Shown here: one piece after another, positions 51,850-64,000 of the stretch
How positions within the stretch are numbered: the stretch's first letter is position 1
Layout of the letters: each line of letters opens with the position of its first letter
From: Eledone cirrhosa
Taxonomy: Eukaryota
DNA: 64,000 nt
Assembly (NCBI GenBank): GCA_964016885.1
Contig: OZ024740.1
Span: 385,640,001-385,704,000, forward strand
Direction of reading: 5' to 3'
Notes under the pieces: generated by a model
What the model was told of the DNA's origin: nothing
The model's database searches: none
The model's input: only the letters and a program-made list of their open reading frames with translations
Translations under genes and position numbers: made by a program

Positions 51850-52525
51850 TACAATACTTAATCACCTAAATATTCCACATAAAAATTTAGAATCAAGACG
51901 AAAGAAAATATTAATTCAACACTGTGTCAATCGTCCACACACCACAAGAGGTACCAGAACACATTTCTAATACTTTTTGAGGCAAGCCAACATTCTCACA
52001 GAATTACCATGGCTCATAGTGAGGCTAAGGCATTGGAACAATCGAGCACTCTCATAGGCATCACCTGTTACCTCAGTAAAGCAGGCCACCAACGATGACA
52101 AAAACTTCATTGTCAATGGCCCAGTTCCCCCAAATGTCTTGAATGCCACAGGCTGGAGAAAATAGTTTGCCAATAATATTTTAGAATTTTATTCAGAAGC
52201 AATGACCAACACATTTACTGCAGCATCCAAAATGTAGGATGGAGCAAGAGTTATTGACTATGGCATCCCAAAGTGTAAGACCATATGGTCTCTTCCTATC
52301 AACTCTGTACAATCCAGCTAGCTCCAGAATTGCAAGGATGTTTACCTGAGCCAGGGCCCATTTAATAATTTAGTTTAGCTTGGTGTGGCAAGTGAAGCAA
52401 CCAGTGCTCAGGTGGCAAGACAAACCATGAAGATCTGTGTAATCAAGGGGCCTACCACAGCGACTTTTAAGACCCCCACAGACATTGGCTCCAACTCCAA
52501 TACAACAACTTTCAAAGCTGATCAT
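51850..52525 (-). mobile_element. Decayed CRE-clade RLE non-LTR retrotransposon, 3' fragment
   Basis: Minus-strand peptides LHGLSC, HTKLN*IIKWAL, ELAGLYRVDRKRPYGLTLWDA and FLQPVAFKTFGGTG...GDAYESARLFQCLSLTMSHGNS match the CRE pattern HGLSC, RH..LN, EP.GL.R.DGKRPDG, P.A.ET.G and LFQRLS...QRGNA. Confidence 0.85.
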
Positions 52526-52528
52526 ATA

Positions 52529-52606
52529 CAGGGTAGCCCAAAAGTCACTAGACCATTTTATATATATTATAATTTGAAATGGTCTAGTGACTTTTGATCC
52601 ACTCTG
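52529..52606. mobile_element. 78-bp Tc1/mariner-type MITE
   Basis: TA TSD; ~30-bp TIR CAGGGTAGCCCAAAAGTCACTAGACCATTT / AAATGGTCTAGTGACTTTTGATCCACTCTG. Confidence 0.88.
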
Positions 52607-53050
52607 TAGATATATATTTTTGTTTTTATATATTAAGAAATTATTGCAATAATTGTTTGTTTATTTGTTTTTCCTTACCAACCTCTATCAAACTTCAATG
52701 TCATTCTTCAAGTCAGATTTTAGTTTTACAATTATGTTATTCAACTCTATTGATTGTTTTGCAAGTTATAAGTTTTACAATTATTTTTTTGTTACCATTG
52801 CTGTTATATTTGTAGTTAATGTATCAGAGGTATTAAAAATAAACAGAAAATGTTTCTCTTCCTACAAACTTATCAAGATTTTTTTAGATATTTTATTTTC
52901 TGTTACTTGTCAAAATAAGGGAGCCAACTAAATGCACATTGAATTGAGGTACACTGCATCAACTCTTAATACCAAGTCACCTAAAACTGCACCTGATAGT
53001 ACGATACATGACCATTTGGTTTTTAAAGTGTTTTATGGAAGAAGCTTTAA

Positions 53051-53270
53051 TCCTTTAGCATTTACATTACTCTATATTTACAATTATATTTTCACAGTAA
53101 AGGCTTTAGCTCACATAATTATCTCACATAATATCGAATCTATGAGATTTTGATATTATTCATTTTGAGGACAATACCTTAACATCAATATCAGTAGCCA
53201 GTTACAGCCAGTTTGAACAGAAAGAGGTGAGAGAATGTGGCTGGATATAGCCAGTTTAAATGCTAAAGAG
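53051..53270. mobile_element. piggyBac-type MITE family 1 (opposite orientation), nested in a family 2 MITE
   Basis: TTAA TSDs; TCCTTTAGCATTTA/TAAATGCTAAAGAG. Confidence 0.9.
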
Positions 53271-54155
53271 TTAAGTTATACTTCGAAAACTAGCTTAATA
53301 AGAAGAAAGTTAGTTATATAAATAAATCTCTGCAAATCCTTGATTATTTTCAAAATTATTTGAAAATTATAGGCAATGTCTCTTATCATAAAAATGTTAA
53401 CGGATCTTTAAAACTGACAGATTTTGAACTTTCAGTCAATAGTTCCTTTTTACTCAACCACACAGCCACTTTGTTTTGGAAGAAGTAACATTTCAGTTTA
53501 TAATAATTAAAACTTGTTTGTCTATTAATATCATTCATATGTGTGTACATTCACACACACACACAGGCATCAATTTCATTCAATAAAGATACAGTTTTAA
53601 TTATTAATTTATAGATATACAGAGGAATAATAAAAGATATATGAGATACAGAAGAGCACAAAGTATTGAATTAAATTCATTCATTTTTGAAAGAAACGTC
53701 TGTAGCCTATCAATGTCATCATTAGCATCATTATCATTATCTTCATCAGCAGTCATTTTAATGTCTATTCTGCCATGCTGGCATTGCTTTAGAAGTGTAT
53801 GTTTCGTATATTTGGCACAAAACCAAATATAACAAGGTAGGTCAGGTTTGATCAGTTAACAAGTATAGAAATAATTTGTGTATTGGAGCATGCATAAATG
53901 GCTGAAATCAAGGTTTGGTTGTTAAAATTTAATGTTAAGTTTCTTTGTATGTCTCCTCTTCATTCTATATTTATGCTACATTAAAAGAACAACAGAAGTT
54001 GTCAGTGACAGAAAGAATAGTGTGCCAGATTGAATACTTTGTATTATTTAATTGAAATCCCCAACATTTCAGTTCAAATCCATCATATTTGACTTGGTCA
54101 TTCTCCCCACTGGGCCCTATCATGTATGTATTTGTATATATATAAATATATATAT

Positions 54156-54315
54156 GAAAAGATTCAGGACCCCGAGGGCTGATCTAGCTGTCGAAATGGC
54201 CAGAGCTCAGCCGTCGGAGTCCTGAATCTGTTCACATTACCCACTCTACTACCCCAAGTATCGAGTACTCTGGTGGGTTATGGTCTACTTGGTATCTTAC
54301 CACACCCTCTTTGTT
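54156..54315 (+). repeat. Fold-back short element in (TA)n (relative at about 23005-23120)
   Basis: GATTCAGGAC/GTCCTGAATC, CCGA/TCGG and GGCTGA/TCAGCC inverted arms; shares GCTGAGC..T.GCCATTTCGACAGC (reversed) and CCCAAGTAT.GAGTACT with the 23005 copy. Confidence 0.65.
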
Positions 54316-54790
54316 ATATATATATATATATATATTGAATGGTGGTGTCAAGGACATGACAACATTCCTTGTTGGTGATTTACACAAATGCACCCAGTAC
54401 ACTCAGTAAAGTGATTGGTAATAGGAAGGGCATTGAGCCATAGAAACCTTGCCAAACAAAGGCTTGGGAGGACCGTCGGCTGTGTCAATGACAACCTGTC
54501 TTGGCCTCCCTGGGAGATAATTGGCTTCACTTCTGTAGTGACTTGATCTATATCGACCCATCCAACCTTTGCTAGCAGGGAAAGCGGATGTTAAATCGAT
54601 AATGATATATATATATATTTAAATATCAATCGTCATTGTTTTATGTCATCTTTTCCATGCTTGCATGGGTTTGATGGGTCTTTTGTGCAACACAGCATCC
54701 CTACGCTTACTGTGGTGAACTTCAGCATTGTGAGATCAGCACTCATAACTTTTACCCTGGTCGTATGTATGTGTGTGTGTATATATATAT

Positions 54791-55408
54791 ACTAGCTCTT
54801 TCAATTGCGCAGAGGGTTCTATAGAAATAGTGGACAGCTTCCGTTACCTGGGTGACAAAATCAGCAGTGGGGGAGGGTGCTCTGAAAGTACAGTAGCTAG
54901 AGTCAGAATGGGATGGAAAAAGTTCAGAGAGCTTATACCACTATTAGCCGCTAAAGGGTTCTCCCTAAAAATGAAAGGCAGGTTGTATGATGCCTGCATA
55001 CGAACAGCAATGTTGCATGGCAGTGAGACCTGGGCATTGTGTGCAGAGGATATACGCAGACTAGAGAGGAACGAAGCTTGCATGCTCCGCTGGATGTGTA
55101 ATAGTAATATACGTGAACGGCAAAGCATAAACGAACTAAGGGAAAAATTAGAAATAAGAGGGATCAGATGTTGTTTACTCGAGAGAAGACTATGTTGGTA
55201 TGGTCATGTAATGCGCATGAAAGATGAAAGCTGTATAAAAAAGTGCAGGGCAATAAAGATAGACGGTAGCCACGGAGTAGGCAGACCCAGAAAAACCTGG
55301 GACGACCTGATAAACTCCGACCTCACACACTTACACCTCTCCAAGACAATGTCACTGGACTGAGATCTTTGGCGGCACTCAGTAATAGAGAAGACACGCC
55401 TTACCTAA
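54791..55408 (+). pseudogene. RTE reverse transcriptase C-terminal fragment
   Basis: VDSFRYLG, KGRLYDAC, MLHGSETW, RRLCWYGHVMRM and GRPRKTW. The TGA at 55361 sits where the D-R-x-x-W-R consensus has Arg, and the frame continues to TAA 55406-55408. Confidence 0.9.
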
Positions 55409-55803
55409 ATACAAAGTAAAACCTACTACAGTCAGTAGGCATCTCTAACAAAATACACCCCCGTCCCACCCACCCCCCACCCCATCCACACCGCCCCTTT
55501 CAATGTAAAGTTATGTTGGTGCCACAACATCCAGGCCGAAACAAATGAGATCGTGTAGGTGTCACGACAAAAAAAACACACAGTCCACGCTGTAATGTGG
55601 CCGTGTAGGCAACACGGTAAAAACCTCCCAGTCCCACACTGTAAATGTGGTTGGTGTTAGGAAGGGCATCCAGCTGTAGCAAACCCGCCAGACAGTCCTA
55701 TGCGAGCAAGACAACCACTCTTGCCTCAAGTGGGAAAACTCCCATCCAAACCCATGCAAGCGTGGAACATGGACGTTAAACGATGATGACGATGATGATG
55801 ATG
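54791..55803 (+). mobile_element. 5'-truncated RTE-clade LINE with complete 3'UTR and (GAT)n tail
   Basis: Coding remnant followed by a ~395-nt 3'UTR whose distal part matches the SINE tails in this window. Confidence 0.92.
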
Positions 55804-55943
55804 TGTGTGCTTGTGTGTGTGTATAAAGTAAATTAAACCTTGGTGATCTTTTCATGTATTACGTTGCATTACTACCATGTTGTTTGTTTACTTTCCTCTG
55901 TCCCGATAACTTATTTTAGTTATTGCTGGCACTGATTTTAGGT

Positions 55944-56280
55944 ATCATCATCATCATTTCATTTTACGTCCGCTTTTTGTCTGCTTGCAAGGGTGGGACG
56001 GGAACTGATTCTGGCTTGATTTCTACAGCTGGATGCCCTTCCTAACACCAACCTCATTTACAGTGAGTGCTGGGTGCTTTTTTGCCATGGCACCTCCACG
56101 ACCACTTTGCAGTGGAATGATAGAGACCCCAGTCCCTATCATCTCATTTCTACAGCTGAGTAAACTGGAGCAATGTGAAATAAAGTGTCTTGCTCAAGTA
56201 CACAACATATCACCCGGTCTGAGAATTGAACTCACAACCTTTCGATTGCAAGACCAATGCTCTAACCACTAAGCCATATG
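55944..56280 (-). mobile_element. CORE-type SINE with RTE-derived tail
   Basis: Reverse complement of the 2691-3026 family. Confidence 0.9.
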
Positions 56281-56771
56281 TATCTAGTCTTTAATGCGAA
56301 GAAATACCAATGATAATCAGAAGACTACTGATGATGGACATTCCTGTTTTTCGGTCTATTTTCATTTATATACATACATATATATTTGAATGTATGTTAG
56401 CTTAAATTTGACAGCTTTAACACATATGTATGACAGTGAAAATTAGTCAAACAAGTCGGGCATATAAACCCCTGGGTAGAGAAGGGGGGGGGGGGGGTAG
56501 AGATATAATCATCATTTAATATCTGCTTTCCGTGCGGGCATAGTTTGGATGTGGCATCACAGTCTAAGACAAGACTTTGACAGATAACTACATTTTATTT
56601 TATATATATATCGACATAGAATAATTAAGCATTAACTGAGATTGAGCAGCTGTATATGAACATTTTTATTTGCAATAGCTAGTTGCAATAAAGGCAACTA
56701 TTCTGAAATGCAATGAAACATTTGCAGTATATTTGAACTCTTCATTAATGAAGTATCTACAATGTAAATAT

Positions 56772-57097
56772 AAACCTGTAACTCCTGATGGTGTCAGTAA
56801 GGCACCATACTGACATACTGCATGCCTTGGGCATTTTAAACATGGCAGAACCCATCCTTCTGCTGGTCTGACCATAGCCAGTTTCTTGCAGGGAAAGAGA
56901 GAGTGGTAGAGTGAAAGCAAAAATGTGATGTAAAGGAAAAATTGACCCCGGTCCTAGACAGGTACTCCTTTTATCAACCTCGAAAGGATGAAAGGCAAAG
57001 TTGACCATTCAAATCCTGTCTTGAACTCGGAGCAGAGAGAGCCAGAATGAATACCACAGCATTCTATCCAACATTCTAACAACTCAATTTACTGCCT
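56772..57097 (-). mobile_element. Meta-head SINE, CATCAGGAGTTACAGGTT-tail subfamily
   Basis: TTTATCAACCTCGAAAGGATGAAAGGCAAAGTTGACC plus a tail shared with 26873-27160. Confidence 0.75.
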
Positions 57098-59412
57098 ATA
57101 AAGTATCTACAATATTTTATCCAATAAAGCATCTCTCTTCTACTATCTTTTTAATCATGTAACATCTTTTTAGGTGTTGCTGTAACAAAAGTGAACATTT
57201 ATCATGACAAAAAACCAAATACAATAAAATCATAATACACATTAAATAAGTCTTATTTTTTGTCACTTGTATTCTTCAATGGCTCATTTAGAAGTGATTT
57301 TTACTTTAGAAGAGAATAGTTTATAATAACTGTCATACATAATTACTAGCACGTATTTTTTTATATGATTCTGCCAATTACATTCTCATACATACACATA
57401 TATTGTTATCTCTATATTTCTTTTTATGCTAGTGACTATATGTTAGTGCATTAGGTTTTATTGTTAAGATTTCTAATAAAATATTACCAGTTAAGCTTCA
57501 TTCACTGCAGTACTGGCTGGTGATACATTCAGAAAAAGTAGAACAAATGAACCAGACTAGAAGATTTGCAGTATATTCTTTCTAAATCTTTTTCCTATAT
57601 CATATTATTCTGGGCAAATTTAATGCCAACATTAAATCAGCCTTTCATCTTAACATGGTTAATTTAAAGTACCAATACTATTCTTCTATCTAATCTCCTA
57701 TAACCTCTGTAAATTGGCACCGAAACTATGGCGGTGGAGGATGTCTTAAGTCAGATAAATATCATACATTTTCATATCATTCTGTAATTGCTCTGTATGT
57801 ATGTATGTATGTATGAATGTATGTATGAATGTATGTATGTATGTATGTATGTATGTATGTATGTATACTTTGTTTTTGCTTGCTGTCGTATTTAATGTTT
57901 CAGTCAACATTAGATATCACTAAACATTATGGATCTTTTATATTGAAGCTCAGTGGGAAACAAATTTTATTTTCTCCTGCATTTTATTTTATCAAAGTAG
58001 TTGATAGTACTATTATTGTTAATGAACATAAAAATTTCCCATGTTTTCTCCTGTTATGAATTATTGGTTTACATGCTTGTGAAGGAATAAGTTATTGAAC
58101 ACTATAAAGTATACTGAAAATACATACATTCTAAGTCTGTAATCTAGGTTTAATCATGGATTATAGTTCCATCATTTCACTTGTCTTAGCTTAGGGCATT
58201 GAAAAGAATGCTTTGTGGTATTTGTTTTGACTCTCTGTGTGCTGAGTTCAAATTTTGCTGAGATCAATTTAGCTTTTCTTCCTTTGTGGGTTGATAAAAT
58301 CTCAGATCAAGGATGGTGGACTTGGGGGAACTGTTAAAATGTTCGTATCTGTTCCAGCTCTGTGCAATCTGAGTTCAAATTCAACTTGCTGTCATAAGAA
58401 AAGTGGTGACACTTCTTTTAGGGGTGATCAATAAATAGTACCATTAATGGGAAAAACCAAACATAGTTTCTTTTGTTCAATTTTGGGTATTGAATACGGA
58501 CTTCTGATTGATCATTATCACATCTGATTACTTGAGCCTCTTGGCAAAGATGGTAGAATGATAGATTAGAAGATAATTTTTGCCATTTAGTTTGTAGTTT
58601 TCTGTTCCTAAGTTCATATCTCATCAGAATTTGCTTTTTTGTCTCTTCAAGTTTAATGTATTGTCATTTGAGTCAATGGAATACTCATCTCCATCTCATT
58701 GGCAATTGTTTTGTTGCCTAATCAGAAGAAATTAATGTTACTATTAGACCACAACAGTGTTGCTATTGATAGACTGTCGAACAAAATGCTTTGCCATATT
58801 CAGTTACAACTTTCTATGTTGAGATCAACTTTGTCTTTCATCTTACTAGGGTTGATATAATTGACTTTTCCCTTCCCCCAAATGTTTGGCCTTATGCCGA
58901 TGTTAGAAAGAACTATTATGCCGCAAACACTAGATTAAGCTACACTCACTCAAGTCTAAAAGAATTTATAGCTCAATTTTGATCACATCGCCAACTGTTG
59001 ATATTTTAGTCTCAAATATTCATTAGAAAGTCACATACATGTATGACAAATAGTTTTCTTTCTCCTTGCAAATAACTCAAATGTATAGTTCTTATTTTGG
59101 CGTTTCAGTGCAATGATTTCTCTTATGTTGCCTTTTACTCTTTTACTTTTTATTTATTTTTATTTTGTTAGAAACACAAATATTGCAACTTAACATCTTT
59201 TTCATTCTCCTCGTAAATGTTAGGCTTACACAAAACTATTAGTTGTGTGTAGGTGGTGAATTGCCAGTCATTAGAATGTCACATACAATGCTTTGTAGTA
59301 TCCATTTCGGTTCTCTGTGCCCTCTATATCTCTTTCTGACTACCTTTCTCCTTCTCTAGAAGAAATAGGATGAGTTCAGATCTTGAGAGGAGAGGGGCTC
59401 CACCAGGTTTAA

Positions 59413-59633
59413 CACTTTAGCATTTAAACTGGCCATATCCGGCCAGAATTCTCTCTCCTCTTTCTATTCACACTGGCTGTAACTGGCCACTCATACTGAT
59501 GTTAACGTATTGTTCTCAAAATAAATAATATCAAAATCTCATAGATTCAATATTATGTGAGATAATTATGAGAGGTAAAGTGTTTACTGTGAAAATACAA
59601 TAGTATATATAGAGTAATGTAAATGCTTAAGGG
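59413..59633. mobile_element. piggyBac-type MITE family 1 inserted into a SINE (about 59250-59700)
   Basis: TTAA TSDs; CACTTTAGCATTTA/TAAATGCTTAAGGG. Confidence 0.9.
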
Positions 59634-60353
59634 TTAAAGTTCCTAAGACACTATATACCACTGGCATTCCTACAATACTGTCTGGAGTTACAAGTCCATG
59701 TATACATTACTTGTGTTTAAATTTTATTAGAGTTATTGTGTATTTTCAAAACAATACTTTATCCTGGTTTTCTCATGGTTATTATTGTTACTTGATTGAG
59801 CAGACAGAGCCATTTCATCAATGATCACTTCATCATTTCTTCAGGCCAAGTGTATCTAAGACTACATTATCTAATGTATCCTTTCTTTTTTTAAGATTGG
59901 GAGATGTAAGTTGAAGGAGATTTGGTTACTATTTCTAGCAGGTTAGATGGCTACATAGTGGTTCTCCCGGTCTCTTATTGTATTATGGTTGAGTTGTTAG
60001 CAGTAGAAAAGGCAACTAGCTGTGAAAAGAATTGGTCCATTGGGAACAAATTATCAAATTTAGAAAATAAAGAACTGACTCCACTCATGCTAGAATGGGT
60101 AAAAATGATGTGAAATATCGATATGAAAATGATTGTTTGTTATTTCTATATTTTGTCAATAATTGTCATTTGAATTGGGATGGGAATTGTTTGGGGTAGT
60201 AAAGAACTGAATTAAAGGAAATATTTGATAGTAATTTGTTTCCAGAGTTCAAATCTAGTAAAAGTTGACTTATTCTTTAAAAGATAGGGAGGATTCAATG
60301 AAATAAGTACCAGTAATGTACTTATTATAAATACTTAGAGGTTGGTGTAGTGA

Positions 60354-60662
60354 AGGAGTATGGGCTTGCAATCGTGAGGTTGTGAGTTTGATTCTCAGAC
60401 CGGGTGATGCATTGTCCTTGAGCAAGACACTCTATTTCACATTGTTCCAGTTTACTCAGTTGTAGAAATGAGCTGTGACGTCCCTAGTGTCAATCTGTAT
60501 CAGCCATTGCGTTTCCCTTGGACAACATGGAAAGGGGAGACTGGTATGAATAGGTGACTGCTGGTCTTCTACAAACAACCTTGCCCTGACTTGTGCTTTG
60601 AAGGAAAACTTTCTAGGTCAAAATTCCATTGTCATTCATGACCGAAGGGGCTCTTTACTCTT
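60354..60662 (+). mobile_element. CORE-type SINE, non-RTE-tail subfamily
   Basis: GTCCTTGAGCAAGACACTCTATTTCAC core; tail as in 2117-2443. Confidence 0.82.
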
Positions 60663-61609
60663 TTCTAGAGGTTGATGAAAATAGAGCTAGTTATGAATGT
60701 TGTAAAGAGAAATGTAATGAGATGGTTGGATCATTTTGTTGAATAAGGGTGAAAAAAAACTGATAGAAAGGAATATGAAAAAAGCTTGTCATGAAGCTTC
60801 CTTGATTAACTCCTACTTTAGCAGAGAAACTAGCCTTAAATTGCTTGTTGTTGTAATGTACTTATAAATATTTCTGGCGTATTGCAAAAATTAGAAACTG
60901 ATATTTATCATTAATAGAAAACTACAACATACGAACAAGTTAGAACATGTAGATTAGGTTTTTGGGAGTTGACAACCCAAATTAAGTGTTAATTCTTTTT
61001 CCTGGTCAAGTCTCTATTATTTGCTTTCAGTTTATTTATAAGAAATGATTACTTTTTTTCTACTGCTTCTTTTTGATACATCATATGGTGATACTTTCTA
61101 AATGAGTAAAGCCCATTGCCAAATTTTGATTCCTTACTGGAAATTACTATTGTAATGCCTTTGGGGAAAGTGTAGACAAAACAATTTCCAATATCCTCTC
61201 TGCTCTATAACTTAGAAACCTTACACTTAATGACATAATCAAGAAACTATTATTTCTCTTTAGCCATTGGAATAAAATTGGGGGAAAAAAATCTAGATAA
61301 TGTGAAAGGTTTCTCTCAACTTTTGTATTATCTCAGTTGATAGATTTTGACAAATACCTTCTTGCTTGCTATCTCATAAAAGAAATACATTTGATGACTA
61401 TTATAGGAAATGTTTTGATTCATGAGAATAATCTCAGTGCAGTGTTTTATTTAATTATAAATTAAATGTTTATTGGTAGATGTCTGTTAATATCATTATC
61501 TAATGTTTGAAATAAATCATCGCATTGCTTAAAAATGTGTAGTGCTCTGGAAAATAATTATAATGCATTATTTTTATTATTAATAGTAGAAGTAATGGTA
61601 GTAGTAGTA

Positions 61610-61649
<40 letters not shown>

Positions 61650-61667
61650 AGGATGGGGTGGTAGATG

Positions 61668-62760
61668 AGGGCAGTGGGTTGACAGAGTCAGGGCATTGGA
61701 TAAATATGTAGTATTTTTCCAGGTCTTTACTATCTGAGTTCAAATCTCGCCTTACATCTTTACAGGGTCGATAAAATAAAGTACCTGTAATGCACTGGGG
61801 TCGATTTAATCGACTTTCCCCTCTCCCCAAATTGCTGGATTTATGCCTATATAAGAAACCATTATTATTATTAGTAGTAGTAGTACTAAGGGTACTGGAT
61901 TGGCAGTATTGGTAGAGGGTCGGACGCCATATTTTGACGCATAGTTACGGCCCATGCCATTCTGAGTTCAAATCCCGCCAAGGTTAACTTTGCCTTTCAT
62001 CCTTACGGGGTCGATAAAATAAAATACTAGTAATACACTGGGATAATTGCTGGCCTTGTGCCAAAAGTAGAAACAATTATTAGTAGTAGTAAAAGCAGTA
62101 GGGGAGGGCAGTGGTGTGTTAGATTTGTAAGAGCATTGGAAAAATGTGTAGTAGTATTTTTCCAGTTCTTTACAATCTAAATTCAAATTCTGCCATGGTT
62201 AGCTTTGCCTTTCATCCTGACAGGTTTGATAAAATAAAGTACCAGTCATGCACTAGGGTCGATTTAATTAACTTTCCCTCCCACAAAAATTGTTGTCTTT
62301 GTGCCTAAATCAGAAATCATTAGTATTATTAGCAGCAGTAGTGAGGGCAGAGGATTGGCAGTATCAGTAGAGCATCGGACAACATGCTTAGCGGCATAAA
62401 GTTATGGCCCTTTACATTCTAAGTTCAAATCCCACCGAGTTTAGCTTTGCCTTTCATCCTTACGGAGTCAATAAAATAAAGTACCAGTAATGCACGGGGG
62501 TGATTTAATCGACTTTCCCTTCCCCCAAAATTGCTGGCCTTGTGCCTAAATCTGAAATCATTATTAGTAGTAGTAGTAGTCAGAGTGGTAGATTGGTAAC
62601 ATCAGTTGAATATCAAAGAAAATGCCTTGCAGTATTTACTCCACTACTTTACATTCTGATTTCAAATCCTACTGAGGTCAAATTTGCCTTCAGCTCTTTG
62701 GGTTTGATTAAAATAAAGTACCAGTCAAGTCCAAGGGTTTATATAATGGACCATAACTCC
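61668..62760 (+). mobile_element. Head-to-tail array of 5 Meta-type SINEs
   Basis: Units start near 61668, 61889, 62106, 62344 and 62582, separated by (ATT)/(AGT) tails. Confidence 0.9.
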
Positions 62761-63042
62761 ACTTTTTCATCTTATGTTTATGTTATAGATATTATTTGTA
62801 ATAGCAGCAGCCCATAATAGTACAGAATACCAAAAGTCTATGAAACCAAAAGTCTATGATACCTTTTTGACTTCCTTGTTCTACTGGGGAATCATCTGTA
62901 TTTGGCTACATCCTTTTTTGAACATTTTTATTTGAGCCAATGAAGGAGCCTCTTTGTGGTCATTTTACCTTCCAGAAATAGCAGCTAAATCATCTCCAAA
63001 TCACAAGGATACAATGGCTAATATAGTCCTAGATGCAATATA

Positions 63043-63243
63043 CAGGACACTGTTGAAGGAGGGCAAAGAACAGGCAGACAAAGAAAATCCTGGTTTGACA
63101 GTATCAAAGTCTGGGTAGATCTCAATCATGTGACCCTTATATGTATGATAGAAGACAGAGATCAGTGGCAATTGCTGACTGCAGAATGTCTAGAGTAGCA
63201 TCCCAGTAACTAGCTGTGCCAGTTTTAGGAAGATGATGATTAT
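63043..63243 (+). mobile_element. Decayed RTE 3' fragment
   Basis: QDTVEGGQRTGRQRKSWFDSIKVW matches the RTE motif QG.VEG.R.RGRQRK.W.D.IK.W; GATGATGAT tail. Confidence 0.7.
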
Positions 63244-64000
63244 GAATCTCTGAACAAAGAAAAGCAATTAAGAAATACCTGTCAACTAATTACGAAGATG
63301 GTAGCATATTCACAATAATTGTTACTAATTAAATATTCATTTGGAATTAGAGAAAGTAATATAATATTTGCCAGCAATAAAAAATAATGAAAGCTAAAAT
63401 GATTTCTTAATACTTAAAATTGCTTCATTTATTTTGACACATCTTTTGTTATTGCATCTTGATTTGGGTTGGAAACCTACTTCAACAATTCTAGAAGATA
63501 TGAATGGCTACAGAAAAAATATGACACCTGCCATGTGTTATTTGTTGGCTAGCCAGCAAAACCACTTCATCTTGTGTATCTGTCTGTTTGTCTGTATGTA
63601 TGTTTTTTGTTTCCGGTGAGTTTTTCATCTGTTCATCTGTCTGTCTATCCATTTAAAATTAATTTTATTTTGTCTCATTATGGAATTATTATGTTCATGT
63701 CATTTAACTAATGTTGCTACCTGAGTCAGCAACATGAAAACATGTTAAATACATGTATGTATGCATACTTTCAGTTCATTTTTGAAAATTATCATTAAAT
63801 GTATATACAAGTGCGCATGCATGCATGTGTGATTTGTGACGTTGCAGCTTCTTAAGTATTGAGTACTCTTTTTTCTTCTTGTTTACACTGTGTATCTGTC
63901 TACCAGTATGCATGTTACATCACTCAAGCTAAGAAATCAGGCAACGGTGAAAGTAAGTTTCCCAAAACCAGTGAAACTTAGGATAAAAATAGCAAATTAA

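Noticed and set aside
56322-56360. Hammerhead at CTGATGATGGAC
   Set aside because: No GAAA core or stem III follows; at most a deleted remnant.

Overview
AT-rich, microsatellite-rich eukaryotic DNA. I find no supportable host protein-coding exon, so this is probably intronic or intergenic. The repeat inventory (CORE-type and Meta-type tRNA-SINEs, RTE LINEs with (GAT)n tails, dense (TA)n/(CA)n/(CATA)n) best fits an octopod cephalopod genome; this is inference, not a database result. Nearly all long ORFs in the track are translations of simple repeats. Real coding remnants are all from mobile elements: an uninterrupted 3' part of an R4/Dong-clade retrotransposon with a restriction-like endonuclease (RLE) inside a (CATA)n tract (28521-29594), RTE fragments (best 54791-55803), a decayed CRE-clade element (about 51850-52525, minus) and a decayed Penelope GIY-YIG remnant (about 50350-50920, minus). 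DNA elements are two Helitrons (one complete and composite, 44268-45778) plus piggyBac-, hAT- and Tc1/mariner-type MITEs. The most interesting signals are structural: a complete type I hammerhead fold in a short fold-back element (45818-45868), covarying tandem pseudoknots in the RTE 3'UTR shared with SINE tails, an unrecognised microsatellite-embedded repeat family with a covarying terminal hairpin, and (TA)n-centred inverted duplications at SINE insertion sites. All alignments and folds were done by eye.
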